Assembly: GCA_012960105.1 (NCBI GenBank)
Contig: DUBV01000005.1
Location: forward strand, 77,000 to 140,999
From: Thiotrichaceae bacterium
Lineage (GTDB): Bacteria > Pseudomonadota > Gammaproteobacteria > Eutrophobiales > Eutrophobiaceae
Direction: 5' to 3'
DNA length: 64,000 bases
Numbering within the stretch: position 1 is the first letter of the stretch; the number at the start of each line of letters is the position of its first letter. Both the position numbers and the translations under genes were made by a program. Below, one piece after another: positions 63,066 to 64,000 of this stretch. The notes beneath the pieces are model-generated. The model ran no database searches. It was not told the DNA's origin and worked only from the letters and a program-made list of their open reading frames with translations.

Positions 63066-63980
63066 TTAAGCCTTGGTATCTGGTTCCATGAAGCACCATT
63101 TAACCGTGGGAACTTGTTTTTGAATTTCCTCTTCCAGTTCATTAATTTGTTTGACGGCTTCTTCAATACTTAAACCGGCTTTCATCTTAAGTTTTGCTGC
63201 CAACATTATGTCTGCGCCAAATTGCATGGTAATGGAATTTAGTAGTTTTTCTATGCTGTCATCTTTCTCGATTATGGTATCAATCAATACGACCAATTCA
63301 GGTTCAGCCGAACGTCCAACGATTAAGGATTTAATGCGCCAGGCAATAAATATAGAAATAAAGATCAAGATTATACCAATACAAATCGAACCAATGGCAT
63401 CATACATCGGGTTGCCGGTAATCCAGGCGATTGATACAAAGATGAATGCCATAGCCAAACCAATAATGGCGGCAGTGTCTTCGCCAAGTATGACAACAAG
63501 CTCCGCATTTCGAGTATTCTTAAACCAGTTCCAAAATGATTTTTCCTTTCTAATCTTTTTTATTTCTTTCAGAGCGCCAAGTAGGCTAAAACCTTCCAGA
63601 ATGATACCGAGAGCAAGCACGAGCAGCGCGATCCAGATTTGATTGAGTTCTTCAGTGGAATGCAATTTATGCCAGCCTTCGTAAACTGAAAATAAACCAC
63701 CCATGCTAAATAACATAATAGCAACGATGAAACTCCAGAAATAAGTCACTTTGCCATAACCTAGTGGATGTTTGTCATCCGCTGGTTTTTCTGCCTGTTT
63801 CATGCCGATAAATAATAGAATTTGATTGCCACAATCAGCAAAGGAGTGAATTGCTTCTGCCAACATGCTGCCAGAACCGGTATAAACAGCGGCACCGGAT
63901 TTTGCTATAGCAATACCGAGATTGGCTATAAATGCGTAAAGAATTGCTTTTACTGTGCCACCATGAGCTGATCCAGACAT
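63066..63980 (-). CDS. Cation diffusion facilitator family transporter
   Basis: SMLAEAIHSFADCGNQ, HPLGYGK, EDTAA, C-terminal cytosolic domain. Confidence 0.92.
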   Translation of the reverse strand: MSGSAHGGTVKAILYAFIANLGIAIAKSGAAVYTGSGSMLAEAIHSFADCGNQILLFIGMKQAEKPADDKHPLGYGKVTYFWSFIVAIMLFSMGGLFSVYEGWHKLHSTEELNQIWIALLVLALGIILEGFSLLGALKEIKKIRKEKSFWNWFKNTRNAELVVILGEDTAAIIGLAMAFIFVSIAWITGNPMYDAIGSICIGIILIFISIFIAWRIKSLIVGRSAEPELVVLIDTIIEKDDSIEKLLNSITMQFGADIMLAAKLKMKAGLSIEEAVKQINELEEEIQKQVPTVKWCFMEPDTKA

Positions 63981-64000
63981 ACTCCCTCCCGTTTACAGCT

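Overview
Chromosomal window of an AT-rich gammaproteobacterium. No rRNA, tRNA, CRISPR array, prophage or intact transposase was seen. The housekeeping backbone runs: gdh (partial), pgeF-rluD-bamD, nadE, sucDC, pilS-pilR-pilA, suhB, trmJ, purM, DUF2066-AI-2E-hda, wrbA-arsC-yihY, a FimW-like PilZ protein, acyP, proS, ilvIHC-psd-like-pssA-leuA, udg-rimI-cysM, exonuclease-rlmD, an ABC binding protein, L,D-transpeptidase, truncated haemoglobin, PilZ and a CDF transporter. The main accessory content is a glycosylation gene set around the type IVa pilin gene: a ~16.5 kb island directly downstream of pilA (17759-34230) plus two satellite insertions (4012-5598 and 7382-11509). Together they encode five predicted GT-C-fold membrane glycosyltransferases (one TMTC-like next to pilA, one GT39-like, three mutual paralogues), three polyprenyl-phosphate-sugar-synthase-like GT2s each beside a SAM methyltransferase, a flippase-like protein, a GT4, Gmd and a cupin/C-methyltransferase/UXS-like/oxidoreductase operon. 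I infer a modular, lipid-linked-monosaccharide pilin glycosylation system with methylated or branched sugars. Smaller observations: a Psd homologue lacking the self-cleavage serine, a Leu-rich and probably leaderless leader peptide before leuA, a decaying sigma54-driven GAF/PAS plus receiver locus, a MITE-like element, and REP-like palindromes, one with a nested 47-bp insertion. All family calls come from motifs recognised by eye; no database search was run.
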